A stretch of DNA of 39,469 bases from Patescibacteria group bacterium (GCA_028864875.1 JAGWLV010000003.1:1-39469); one strand, 5' to 3'; shown: positions 13,213-22,700, counted from the stretch's first letter. A program made the numbers and translations. Notes: a model not told the origin generated them from the sequence alone.

Positions 13213-13369
13213 TCTCTTGCGAGACGCGGAAACTTAAGAACCGCAATAATTTGTTGTTTGTTTTGATTCGGCCTTATTGCAAAGCCGAATGGTGTTTATT
13301 ACCTGTTGTCACTTCCACGCGCTCAAAGACCCCATTGGTCTATCGAACAAGTGCATGGAGTGGGTTTCT

Positions 13370-13423
13370 GTTGTCAAAGTCCTGATATGTCTGGGCACAA
13401 AAAATCCCGCGCAGGGCGGGTCT
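13370..13423 (-). promoter_or_regulatory. boxB-like hairpin plus boxA-like element in the 23S leader
   Basis: AGACCCGC-CCTGC-GCGGG hairpin, then AGGACTTTGACAAC. Shares AGACCCGCCCTG and TTTGACAAC with the 16S leader. Confidence 0.6.
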
Positions 13424-13491
13424 AGAAGGCACGGAAGCGCCGTCTATCTCCGCAAAGGGGTATTTCGGGTGCTCAACATATCGATACGGCC

Positions 13492-13520
13492 AGTATATAG
13501 GAGCGATTATAGGGTGTCAA
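13492..13520 (-). promoter_or_regulatory. sigma70 promoter of the 23S-5S unit
   Basis: TTGACA (13515-13520), 17-bp spacer, TATACT (13492-13497). Confidence 0.85.
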
Positions 13521-13539
13521 TGAATCCCCCGCCGGGCAG

Positions 13540-13569
13540 CAAAAAACCCCGCCGTTGCGGGGTTTTTTG
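13540..13569. terminator. bidirectional intrinsic terminator
   Basis: AAAAAACCCCGC-CGTT-GCGGGGTTTTTT. Confidence 0.85.
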
Positions 13570-13590
13570 TAGTTAAGACTCTATTGAAGA

Positions 13591-14274
13591 CTAGCGCTTG
13601 TGCATGCCCTCGCGGACGCGCTCGATCCAGCGCGCTGCCGCCTCCTGGCCACCAAGGCCGAACGCAAGACCGAAAGCGAGCGCAAGAGCGATGACGATAC
13701 CCGTGAAGAGTTGCTGCACAAAGGGCGTGACCTCGAGCTGATCGAGGGCCGAGAGGATCGCGAAGATCCAGATAGCCCAGCGGGCGACCGTGCCTGCGAA
13801 GCCTGCGGCCACAACACCCGCCGCGCGCGCGGCGCCGGCGACCACCGCCTCCGCCACCTGCGCAATGAGCGCGGCAACGAGGATGATGATGGCGGCCGCA
13901 ATGACGTGCGGGATGTACGGGAGGAGCCCCGAGACCACGAACGTGGTCACAACCGCGAGGTTAAGCACCTGCAGCGCCGCAACCAGGACGACGATGATGA
14001 CGAACCATTTGACCAAGGCGCCGAGGAAGCGGCCCGAGTCCAAACGGTATCCCGCGCGGTTGACGACGTCCTCGACACCGGCGGCGCGCAGCGCGTGATC
14101 AACACGCAGCGCCTTGATGGCCTCGGCTACAGCCCAGCCGACCCACTCTGCAATAAACCAACCGACGAGGAAGACGATGACCGCCACCACGAAGTTGGGA
14201 ATGAAGTTGACCGTTGCTGTGAGGAGGTTGTTGAACGACCCCTGCAGCACGTCAACCCAATTCTGTGCGTACAT
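13591..14274 (-). CDS. TM-helix-repeat membrane protein (CmpX/MscS-like)
   Basis: Two repeats of (F/Y)IP.....IV plus ALALAFGLAFGLGGQE at the C-terminus. Confidence 0.8.
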   Translation of the reverse strand: MYAQNWVDVLQGSFNNLLTATVNFIPNFVVAVIVFLVGWFIAEWVGWAVAEAIKALRVDHALRAAGVEDVVNRAGYRLDSGRFLGALVKWFVIIVVLVAALQVLNLAVVTTFVVSGLLPYIPHVIAAAIIILVAALIAQVAEAVVAGAARAAGVVAAGFAGTVARWAIWIFAILSALDQLEVTPFVQQLFTGIVIALALAFGLAFGLGGQEAAARWIERVREGMHKR

Positions 14275-14352
14275 ATATAAAGTTACGTACTAAACGACCT
14301 ATTAAATTCGACCCTTTAATAATAACAAAAATGGACCCTTCACGGGGCTCCT

Positions 14353-14441
14353 TGGGGAAAGCGTGTGGATTACCTGTGGGCGAAGTGTGGCTCCGTATAA
14401 GGTGGAGTTTGTTGACAACACAGGGGATAGTGTGTGGACTA
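14353..14441 (+). promoter_or_regulatory. array of DnaA-box-like 9-mers
   Basis: TGGGGAAAG 14353, TGTGGATTA 14364, TGTGGGCGA 14375, TGTGGCTCC 14386, TGTTGACAA 14410, AGGGGATAG 14422, TGTGGACTA 14433. Confidence 0.5.
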
Positions 14442-15020
14442 CGATATGCCGATTTGGAGGCGGTCAAAAATGACCTCGTGCGTGTAGTCGAGTACGTCGC
14501 GCACGAGGCGGTCGTTCATGGTGAGCCGGTAGATAAAATCCTCGCTCCCCAACAGAGCGTAGCGCAACTCCTTCCCCAACTCGGCCTCGAGTGTGCGGAT
14601 GCGGGCACGCAGCTTGCGCTCGTTGATGCGGTCGCCGACCAAGAGCATATCGAGCCGGCCGTCCCACTCGCCCGCAAAAATCCCTGAAACAATAATGCAC
14701 TTTAAGGCACCGGTCCCGCGCAGACGCGCAGCGATGTCCTTGCTGCGGCTCGGCGCATTGATGAGCAGGTTCTGGAGCGCCTCGAGGTAGGTGAAGTCGC
14801 CGTTGAGCATGTAGCGCGCGCCCGTTCTTCGCACCGCGGCGCGCTTGATGAGCCCGGCGGCGAGGAATACCGCGAGCTCGCGGCGCACCGTGCGCGCGGG
14901 GACGCGCGAGTGCTGGGCAATCTGCGGAGTAGTGTAGACACTGCGTGGGTTGAAGAGGAAGAGGCGCAGGAGCTTGATGCGGGTCTGACTGCCGAAGAGT
15001 TTGCCCAAGACATCAATCAT
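14439..15020 (-). CDS. winged-helix plus degenerate nucleotidyltransferase-like domain protein
   Basis: LFGSQTRIKLLRLFLFNP...VRRELAVF HTH. SGIF...RLDMLLVGD and GKELRY resemble a minimal NTase fold. Confidence 0.75.
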   Translation of the reverse strand: MIDVLGKLFGSQTRIKLLRLFLFNPRSVYTTPQIAQHSRVPARTVRRELAVFLAAGLIKRAAVRRTGARYMLNGDFTYLEALQNLLINAPSRSKDIAARLRGTGALKCIIVSGIFAGEWDGRLDMLLVGDRINERKLRARIRTLEAELGKELRYALLGSEDFIYRLTMNDRLVRDVLDYTHEVIFDRLQIGIS

Positions 15021-15058
15021 AGGTGACCCAATTGTATCGGGTCTACAAACGCATGCAA

Positions 15059-15091
15059 CCCGCCTCGACTCGCCCGTCTAGGCGAGGCGGG
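15059..15091. repeat. REP-like palindrome
   Basis: CCCGCCTCG-ACTCGCCCGTCTAGG-CGAGGCGGG, with alternative inner stem CTCGCC/GGCGAG. Confidence 0.5.
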
Positions 15092-15107
15092 CGTAGACAA
15101 ATGAACG

Positions 15108-15138
15108 AAAAAGCTCTCGGGTATGGACCCCGAGGGCT
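15108..15138 (-). terminator. terminator of the 31-aa small ORF
   Basis: AGCCCTCGGG-GTCCATA-CCCGAGAGCT followed by TTTT, overlapping the TAG stop. Confidence 0.7.
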
Positions 15139-15232
15139 ATTCGTCTTCATCCTGCTTTTTCTCGAGGTCGGGCAGATATCCGAGACTTCCCCAAAACATC
15201 CAAAACGGCAGCCAGAAGATGAGTATCGGCAT
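15137..15232 (-). CDS. 31-aa small hydrophobic peptide MPILIFWLPFWMFWGSLGYLPDLEKKQDEDE (not in ORF track)
   Basis: Perfect SD AAGGAGGT (15238-15245) 5 nt before the ATG. Candidate extended -10 TGgGATACT upstream and its own terminator. Confidence 0.65.
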   Translation of the reverse strand: MPILIFWLPFWMFWGSLGYLPDLEKKQDEDE

Positions 15233-15270
15233 AGGCCACCTCCTTCCATATATAAGTATCCCATATAAAA

Positions 15271-15299
15271 GCAAAACCCCGGCAAGGCCGGGGATTTGC
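15271..15299 (-). terminator. terminator of rplJ-rplL
   Basis: CCCCGGC-CTT-GCCGGGG followed by TTTTGCTTTT. Confidence 0.8.
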
Positions 15300-15316
15300 A
15301 GAATATTTCGTAGGAA

Positions 15317-15673
15317 TTACTTGAGCTCGACTTTGCCGCCGGCGGCTTCGACCGCTGCCTTGAGCTTGTCGGCGTCCTCCTTCTTGAGTCCCTCCTTGAG
15401 CACCGTCGGAGCAGCGTCCACGAGGTCCTTGGCCTCTTTGAGGCCGAGACCGAGCGCGTCCTTGACCGCCTTGATGACGGCGACTTTTTGCGTGCCTGCG
15501 TCCTGGAGGTGAGCATTGAAGCTCGTCTTTTCCTCCGCCGGGCCCGCTGCCGGGCCCGCCACCGCGACCGCGGCCGCAGAAACGCCCCACTTCTCTTCTA
15601 TCGCTTTGACGAGCGTGTTGAGCTCGAGCACGCTCATCTTCTCAACCGCGTCAATGATTTGATTCTGATCCAT
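15317..15673 (-). CDS. rplL: 50S ribosomal protein L7/L12
   Basis: [29 protein letters not shown] and [12 protein letters not shown]. Confidence 0.98.
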   Translation of the reverse strand: MDQNQIIDAVEKMSVLELNTLVKAIEEKWGVSAAAVAVAGPAAGPAEEKTSFNAHLQDAGTQKVAVIKAVKDALGLGLKEAKDLVDAAPTVLKEGLKKEDADKLKAAVEAAGGKVELK

Positions 15674-15691
15674 AGTAATTATGATTAGTTA

Positions 15692-16180
15692 TTATCCTTT
15701 CTTTTCAGCTACCTTGCCGAGCGCCACCGCAAAGCGGGTGCGCGGCGAGTTGATAACTTGGGCGAACATGGTGCGCAGGGTGTCCATACCCGGGATAGCG
15801 GAGATAGCCGTAATTTCATCGCGGCCAACATACGTGCCGCCGAAGACGCCGCCCACAAAGGTGAGCGCTCCGCCGAACTTCTTGACGAAAGTGCCTATCT
15901 CGCGCGCGGGCGCAAGTTCGTCGGCGCCGTAGGCGAGTGCGATTTCGCCCTCGAGCGCGGGCATCGAGCCCTCGTACTTATGAGAGTCGAGTGCCCGGCC
16001 AAGCAGCGTCTTTTTGGACACCGTGTAGCCTATGCCCTGCGCTTTGAGCGCCTTGCGCATTTCGTTTTGCTGCGCGACAGTGAGCCCCTTAAAGCCGACG
16101 AACACCGCGGTCTTTGCAGACTTGAGCGTCGCTTCGAGCTTGTGGAGCACCTGTGCTTTCTTTTCTTTTGTGATTGCCAC
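15692..16180 (-). CDS. rplJ: 50S ribosomal protein L10
   Basis: MAITKEKK, FKGLTVAQ, KKTLL and GGVFGG; directly upstream of rplL; GTG start. Confidence 0.96.
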   Translation of the reverse strand: MAITKEKKAQVLHKLEATLKSAKTAVFVGFKGLTVAQQNEMRKALKAQGIGYTVSKKTLLGRALDSHKYEGSMPALEGEIALAYGADELAPAREIGTFVKKFGGALTFVGGVFGGTYVGRDEITAISAIPGMDTLRTMFAQVINSPRTRFAVALGKVAEKKG

Positions 16181-16189
16181 GTTTTATTT

Positions 16190-16292
16190 TGGGACAAAAA
16201 ATCCCTTTTGGTTAAGGGTTGGAGTTCGACCGTCTCGGCCGGCCTCTTGCGAGATTAACGGGCTTGCGCCCTACCGACTGTCTCTGACCCTA
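16190..16292 (-). ncRNA. ribosomal protein L10 leader (autoregulatory RNA)
   Basis: AGACAGTCGGT-[hairpin]-TTAA-[hairpin]-GCCGGCCGAGA pattern upstream of rplJ. -10 TATAGT at 16300-16305. Confidence 0.75.
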
Positions 16293-16310
16293 TGGCAAGA
16301 CTATATACAA

Positions 16311-16345
16311 ATAAGCCGGCGGGTGCAACTGCACCGCCGGCTTAT
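16311..16345 (-). terminator. hairpin/terminator after the orphan gene
   Basis: Inverted repeat ATAAGCCGGCGG...CCGCCGGCTTAT followed by TTGT on the minus strand. Confidence 0.6.
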
Positions 16346-16347
16346 GG

Positions 16348-16932
16348 CTATCCGACCACCCGCGCGAGGATGTTGCGGATTTTTTGCTCGAACAGGACCA
16401 TGTCGCGCGTGCGCGGGAACTCAAAGAAAGGCGACTCGTTGTGCACCACATGGTTGGTGAACTCGAACACCCGCCCAAACGCCCCGCACTGTGGGACATT
16501 GAGCTGCTTGGAGAGCACTTCGCCGTTCATCGCCATCTTCCACCCGTCGCCGTGGAGTTTGACCACCTGCTCCATCGATTTGACGAAAGCGATGGCGGTG
16601 TTGTCGAGAGCCGCCGCAAACTGATTGAGCGACCCGGAAACCTCCTGTTCGAGATTGTCAGGATGGACTTCCTCGATGACGCCGACGCTCACCAGCTTGT
16701 CGGTCTTGTACGACTTGGCCGACACGATGACGTGTCCGAGCATCACTTTGTCCTGCACCAAGTGGAGGCGCGAGAGCGTTGTCGTGTAGTAGAGTGCAAA
16801 GCCCTGCGGGAGCGACCGCGGCCCCATGCACAGAGCGACGAAGCCGTCCTTGCGCGCGTGCTCGCGCACGTGCGCAATGGTGTCGCGCCCGAAGCGCTCC
16901 GCCCCACGTTTGACTTTAAGCAAGGGAGCCAT
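16348..16932 (-). CDS. hypothetical protein (194 aa, orphan)
   Basis: SD AGGAGG at 16938-16943, promoter TTGACA-17-TAGCGT and downstream hairpin. Confidence 0.7.
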   Translation of the reverse strand: MAPLLKVKRGAERFGRDTIAHVREHARKDGFVALCMGPRSLPQGFALYYTTTLSRLHLVQDKVMLGHVIVSAKSYKTDKLVSVGVIEEVHPDNLEQEVSGSLNQFAAALDNTAIAFVKSMEQVVKLHGDGWKMAMNGEVLSKQLNVPQCGAFGRVFEFTNHVVHNESPFFEFPRTRDMVLFEQKIRNILARVVG

Positions 16933-16969
16933 GTGCCCCTCCTAACGTGTTACTTCAGCCTCACAGACG

Positions 16970-17107
16970 CTACTGTGGTATAGCCACGTTGTCAACGGGT
17001 GGGGGTATAAGCGACCCTCCCCATACGAGTACGCCAAAAGCAACGGCGATGATTATCAAAAACCCGACAAAGAACCTGAAAAACGTTTTCGTAAAATACC
17101 GTTCCAT
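16970..17107 (-). CDS. 45-aa single-TM small protein MERYFTKTFFRFFVGFLIIIAVAFGVLVWGGSLIPPPVDNVAIPQ (not in ORF track)
   Basis: Extended -10 TGcTAAAAT 7 nt before the ATG; positive N-terminus followed by a TM helix. Confidence 0.7.
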   Translation of the reverse strand: MERYFTKTFFRFFVGFLIIIAVAFGVLVWGGSLIPPPVDNVAIPQ

Positions 17108-17124
17108 TTGCTTTATTTTAGCAG

Positions 17125-17991
17125 CTAGAAGTTGAGGTCGCGGATGGTGTCGGCATCTATGGCCGTGATGTCGGTTTGCCGGATGGACCCGTAGATACGG
17201 ACTTTGTCCCCCACAGCAAAGCGGTTCAAATCTATTTTGGTTTTGTTTGAGCTGAACACCGAGACGCCGGCGGCGAGGAATACCCGGTAGTCCTCACCCT
17301 CGCTCGAGACAAGGAGCGATGTCGGGAGCGTAGTGCCGTCGATGCGCTCGATGGTCCCCTGAAAGTTGCGCGCTACAAAGAGTTTGGAGTCTTGGTAGAC
17401 GACTATGGTTGTGGCACTGAGCGTATTGCTTGAATAATCAAAAAGCCCTGAAGCCGAGATAATCTTGTCCCCTATTTTCAGGTCAGCCATCGTTATGGTG
17501 CGCTTGCCCTTGGTCATAGTTGCAGTCGAGCTCGCGACGAGCGTTATGGTGCCGAGATTCTTGTCGCGCAGCGTTAGCACCCCTTGCCCCAGTGCGTTTA
17601 TAGTGCCTGCCACTGTCTTTTGCTCGAAGTTGGCCGCATAGTCGACGATTTTAGTCGCGTTGATGAGCAGGTTGTCCGCGCCCAAGGCGAGCGTCCCTTG
17701 CACACTCAGAAGGTCGCCTTCAGAGATGTCGTCGACGGTGCCCACGCCGCCGTGGTTTTTAATAATTTTTGCAGGAGCCCCGCCGGGTGTTGTGAGTATG
17801 GTGATGCGCACGTACGCATCGCCCCAGCTCACGCGGCAAAAAAGATTTGTGCCGTTTTTCTGAAGCACGACAACGTTGTTAGCGGAGAAGACGCCCTTTT
17901 CGCTTATAGAAAGGCTCGATGTCGCCGCACGGGCGGGCGATGCCGCAACAAGGCTTACGAGCATGATGAGAGTGAATGTGATGTATTTCAT
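17125..17991 (-). CDS. secreted protein with repeated OB-like modules (DUF5666-like)
   Basis: Signal peptide ending ARA. Three repeats: DISEGDLLSVQG, DLKIGDKIISASG and RFAVGDKVRIYG. Confidence 0.75.
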   Translation of the reverse strand: MKYITFTLIMLVSLVAASPARAATSSLSISEKGVFSANNVVVLQKNGTNLFCRVSWGDAYVRITILTTPGGAPAKIIKNHGGVGTVDDISEGDLLSVQGTLALGADNLLINATKIVDYAANFEQKTVAGTINALGQGVLTLRDKNLGTITLVASSTATMTKGKRTITMADLKIGDKIISASGLFDYSSNTLSATTIVVYQDSKLFVARNFQGTIERIDGTTLPTSLLVSSEGEDYRVFLAAGVSVFSSNKTKIDLNRFAVGDKVRIYGSIRQTDITAIDADTIRDLNF

Positions 17992-17995
17992 GATT

Positions 17996-19051
17996 CTACG
18001 GAGATATGGTCGATCCGATATTCTTATAAATGAGAGCGCTCAAGTCGCTGATATTTTTTGCCAACACATCAAAGTCCTGCCCCCTACTCATAATGCACAG
18101 GAGGAAAGGCGACCCGGGTTTGTAGACTATACCGCAGTCGTGGAGCTCCCGGTCTATGAGTATCCCGGTTTGTGAATAGACGCTCCGCTCACCGAACTTC
18201 TGCGCCACGGTGACGCTCGCAGGTACCCCGCTTTCTATCCCCTGTGGGAAATCGTGAAGCGCCAGCAATTCAAGCGCTTTTTCAGAGTATTCGTAGTCGA
18301 GATACGTCGCATTGTAGAGGACCCTGAAGAACGAGGCGTACGACTTGACCGATATGTAGTCGATGTTGGGTCCTTTGACCGGAACGGGGAGCCCCAAATC
18401 GGTGTACACCTCTTTAAGCAAAGTCTGATCGATTGACTGTTCAAGCAGTGCTGCGGCGTTGTTGTCAGAGTAGCCTATCATGTCGCGGAGGAGCTCATCA
18501 ACACTATAGGAGACCCCCGGCTGTATGCCGTTTGACGATTTAAAATATTCGCCCGCATTTTGGTCGGTGCCATTGAATGCAAGCTGTTGTGAAAGGATGC
18601 CCGGATCGGATTGCGCGTACTTTAAAAAGGCCACCATAAGCGGCACTTTGAGCATGCTTGCGGGATCGTAGCGCTCGTCTTCGTCAACGCCGGCCCACTG
18701 TCCTGTCTGGTAGTTGACCAGGTACACCGACATCTTTTCGGCGGCTCCTTTTGACACACGGTCTTGGACGAACCCGTTTATCTTTCCTGCAAGCGCGCTG
18801 TCTTGATTAAAATTTCTTTGGTCGCTGGCATTGCACAACAGCAGGGGGCTGATGAGCGGGTACTCACTCTGCGATAGCCGCACGGAGGGGCTCGAGAGAG
18901 GACCGCCAACAGATTTTATAAAGAAATAGGTATTGGAGGCCCATAGCACGCTCACGCCGGCAAGAAACCCGGCCGCTACGATTATGGCCGCACTCGTAAG
19001 CGGAGCTCCGGAGATGCGCGAGCGCAGTACTTTCAGTAGTCGCTCGCGCAT
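17996..19051 (-). CDS. serine hydrolase, class A beta-lactamase-like fold, membrane anchored
   Basis: PASMLK (SxxK), YSDN, QKFG and HDCGIVY. Start re-called at MRERLL (19051). Confidence 0.85.
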   Translation of the reverse strand: MRERLLKVLRSRISGAPLTSAAIIVAAGFLAGVSVLWASNTYFFIKSVGGPLSSPSVRLSQSEYPLISPLLLCNASDQRNFNQDSALAGKINGFVQDRVSKGAAEKMSVYLVNYQTGQWAGVDEDERYDPASMLKVPLMVAFLKYAQSDPGILSQQLAFNGTDQNAGEYFKSSNGIQPGVSYSVDELLRDMIGYSDNNAAALLEQSIDQTLLKEVYTDLGLPVPVKGPNIDYISVKSYASFFRVLYNATYLDYEYSEKALELLALHDFPQGIESGVPASVTVAQKFGERSVYSQTGILIDRELHDCGIVYKPGSPFLLCIMSRGQDFDVLAKNISDLSALIYKNIGSTISP

Positions 19052-19052
19052 G

Positions 19053-19646
19053 TTACTTAAGATGCGCCTGTGCCGCCGCGAGACCATTGACGTAGTCTTG
19101 ATTATGAGGCTCCAGAGCAACCGCCGCTTGGTAATCGGCTTTGGCCAAGGCGAAGTCATGGAGGAAGTTGAGATAGAGGTCGCCCAAGTTGCCGTGCGCG
19201 GTGTAGTTGTAGGGAGCGGGCGAGACTGCGGCGACGTACGTCCATGCCAGGGCGGCGCCTTCGTAGTCCCCCGCTATCTTGCGGTCGGTGCCTAAGAGCA
19301 GCCAAAGGTCAACCCGCGTGGGGTCTGCTTTGAGTTGCGTGATGAAATTCTGCTCTCCGTCACGCAATATCTTTTGCGCATCCGGAGGCAGGTTGGGGTC
19401 GATGGTAATCGGTCGTGTGAGGGAGGGCGGCGGCACGGACACGCCGGTGTTGCTCACCAAGGATACGGTCACCTGCCCGCCCGTTGTTGTAATACCCGCG
19501 CCGCCGACAGAGGTGGTTGCGGTCGATGTCGCATTAGTACCTGTCGAAGTGGAGGTGCGGGCGGGCAGGCCGAAGAGGAGCCCTGCCGCGACGAGTATCG
19601 CGACACCCACCCCCACAAGCCCATACATCCATACACTCTGTTGCAT
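19053..19646 (-). CDS. membrane-anchored TPR protein
   Basis: N-terminal TM segment, Thr-rich linker and TPR motifs (WLLLG...GDYEGA; HGNLGDLY...AKADYQAAVALEP). TATACT 7 nt before ATG 19646. Confidence 0.8.
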   Translation of the reverse strand: MQQSVWMYGLVGVGVAILVAAGLLFGLPARTSTSTGTNATSTATTSVGGAGITTTGGQVTVSLVSNTGVSVPPPSLTRPITIDPNLPPDAQKILRDGEQNFITQLKADPTRVDLWLLLGTDRKIAGDYEGAALAWTYVAAVSPAPYNYTAHGNLGDLYLNFLHDFALAKADYQAAVALEPHNQDYVNGLAAAQAHLK

Positions 19647-19707
19647 AGACAGTAGTATATACGACAGCACTGCAGAGTAAAACTTTCTTTAAGGCTTCAG
19701 GCAAAAC

Positions 19708-19738
19708 AAAAAACCCACTCGTAAGAGTGGGTTTTTTG
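19708..19738. terminator. intrinsic terminator of the S-layer-like gene
   Basis: CAAAAAACCCACTC-GTAA-GAGTGGGTTTTTTG. Confidence 0.85.
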
Positions 19739-19777
19739 CTAAGCAGTTGTCTCCTGCCTATTCAGTAATCAGAGAGA

Positions 19778-22700
19778 TTACTGCGTGCGGTTCTGAACGA
19801 TACCGCTGGCCGGGAGCCCTGGAATACCGAAGGCGTCGGTCCAGTCGTTGCTTGCAGCAACTGCGGTTGTCGTCGAGTTCGGAGACCAGGTGAAGTTGGC
19901 ATTGCTCGTCGCAGTGCTGTTGTTCACTAGCTTCGTCGAGGTCGCGGCTTGGTCAGCAATCGCCAGGAACGCGCTGTCACCCGAGAGGGTTGTCGCTACG
20001 TTGTAGGTGGCTGCCGTACCAGAGACCGTGCCTTGCACCTGGAAGTAATAGGTGCCGCCTGCCGGAACTTCGATGAGCGAGGACGGGGTGATGGTGAACG
20101 CCGTCGCGGTCGGAGCGACCGAGGAGGAGTTGACCAAACCGCCCGTACCGACACCGGAGATAGGCTGGCTGTACGCCGCGTCGGTGTAGCCATACATGTT
20201 GATGGCGGTCACCGTTGCAGACGTGGTCGAGAGGGTGAACTTGAATTGGCTCAAGCCTACGGGGCCACCCGCGCTTGCAGTTACCTTAAAGCGCATGAGG
20301 CGACCATCACCGATACCATTGGCCGAGAGCTGGTTCGTGCCAGTCTCAAGAGCCACCGTCGGGTAGGACTTGAAGACACGGACACCGTTTGCGCCCGTCG
20401 ATGCGAGACCCGCGCCAATCGTGAGACCCGAGGACTGGCCGGAGCCTTCCGCGTTGAGCGGGTCGACTTTGACGAGGTTGCCCGGAGTACCCGGTTGGCT
20501 TGTACCCTGGTTTGCAAGGTCAGCCTTCACGACGATCGTCGCGTCGGTGTCCTTCGGAAGGACAACCGGGGTCGAAAGTGTGGAGGTTGCCGAGATGTTC
20601 GTACCCGTGATTACCGCCGTACCAAGGAGGGTGCCTGCTGCTACGTTGAGGCCGGAGCCTGCGTAGAGGTACACCTGGGTGAGGTCCTGAGCGGTCGAGG
20701 AGCCAGTGTTTGTACCCGAGCCACCAGTGAGCGTGAGACCAAGCTTGTTGAGCGTGATCGCTTCGTTGGCGGCGCGGAATTTAAGTACCGACATTGTCGT
20801 TCCGGTCGTGCCTGCTGTCGCAACCGTGTAGGAGGGCGATGAGGCGTCGACCGAGACCGTGAGAGAACCTGTGCCGACCGTCATCGTGCCGCCGGCGTTC
20901 GCGCTGTTGGTCACAGTGACCGACGAGCCCGAAGTGACGCCCGTTGCAGAGATCGTGTCGGAGCTGTTGAGCGAGACAGTGTACGTACCCGAGGCAGAGC
21001 TCGTAGTATTGCACTTCGCGCCGAGCGTGAGCACTGTACCCTTCGGCACCGTGAGGGTGTTGTCGAGGGTGAAGTTGTTCACCGCGCTGGAGCTGATGCT
21101 CGTCGGGACGTTGCTGCCCGTGTTGAGGGCAGTCGAACCGTTCCACACCTGGCAGGTCTGGAGGCCCGTGCCGTTGCTGAAGCGCAGCGGTATCGAGCTG
21201 AGGCGTACGTCCTCGCCGGACTGTGAAGCGTCAAGCTGCACGTTGCCGAAGAGGATACCCTGGCCGCCCGCCACGATGTTCTGGCTGACCGGAGTGGCCG
21301 CCATAGATACCGTGAGCGAAGCCGCCTTGACCGTCATCTGGTTGAGCGAGAATACACCGATCGAAGAAAGCGAAACGGTGTTGCCCGACACCTGACCAGT
21401 GACGCCCGTCCACGCGGACGGCGTGACATAGATCGTCACGGTCGAGCCGTTGCCCGCCGTGGTGCCGATCTTGCCCTTGAAGGTGTACGTGTGCGTACCG
21501 ACCGGGAAGGTGACCGTGTCGCTGAAGGTCAGCGCAGAACCGGTCGTGTCGTTGGTGGCCGTAGTCGTGTTGTCGATAGGACCGGCAACAACTAAGCCGT
21601 TTTCGTCAACGAGGCTGATGCTCGTGACACGGCCAAGTTGTGTCGATGAAGTCGATACCGAGAACTTGAGCCCGGTGACCGAGACCGGCTCGCCGCGGAA
21701 GTTCGTCACAAACCCGCCGAGAGGCTGGTTGTTGACGTTAACCGCGATGTTCTGCGCCGGAACCGACGTCGCCTTGCTGATGGAGGTCGCCGTACCAGCG
21801 TTGATGGTCGTCACATATCCTGCGCGCCACGGCTGGTTGGTGCACTGGAGTCCGGCACAACCGAGGTCGGTCGAGCCGTATCCGTACGTCTGGCCGACAA
21901 AGTACACATCCGTGTTCTTGTCGATGTCCATTTCAACCGTGCGGTTTGCAGAGTTGGTGCCGACGATGTCGCCCTGGACATACACGTCTACGCTGTTGCC
22001 CTTACCAATCAGGATGCCGCCCGGGAAGACGGTCGTGTAGTACCTGCCGGTAGAGTCAATGGTCGTCGGGTAGGACGTACCGTTGACAACAGTCGTGATG
22101 TTGGCGATGTCAGAGGCCGAAGCCGAGCCGACTTGGCGCCAGCGGAGGCTGTAGAGGCGAAGGTCTTCAGCAGAAGCTGAGGTAAAGCGCAGCCCCGAGA
22201 AGCGCACGCCCGTGTCGCCGATGTTCTTGGTCTGTGCTGCACCCGGGTCGTAGGACGACGTCGTGGTGGAGAACGAGCCCAAGGTCAACGTGGTGTTCAT
22301 GGTCTGAGAGGCACCCGTTATCGGGAGCGAGCCGGAGACCGCCGCCGAGGTGTTGACTGCAACAACCTGCAAGCTGACGACCTGGCCGCTGTTGCCGGTC
22401 TCAGCACCCATGTTGCCGACAACCGTGAAGGTCATCGACGCACCCGCCGCGATGGTAAAGCCATCGAGGTTAGCCTGGTGGTTGGAGTTGAGCGTCTTCG
22501 CGGTGCCGATCTGGAGGCCATTGCTGTCCACCAAGACGATACCCGAGAAGTTTGCGTCAACACCCAAACCGGTGCGCTGGACCGTCACCGAGTTGACCGT
22601 CACCGCAGCGGAGCTGTTGTTGGTGACAGTGAAAGTAGTGAACGGAACGCGCGTGGCGTTTGCCGGAGCAAGCGAGTTGGCCGGCTGCGCGCCGCCAGCA

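Noticed and set aside
14272-14441. Firm call as oriC
   Set aside because: Highly expressed genes keep the same strand on both sides and dnaA/dnaN are not adjacent. Kept only as a hypothesis.
17996-19051. Functional class A beta-lactamase resistance gene
   Set aside because: SxxK and SDN are present, but KTG reads KFG and no clear omega-loop Glu motif is seen. Better called a serine hydrolase of unknown substrate.
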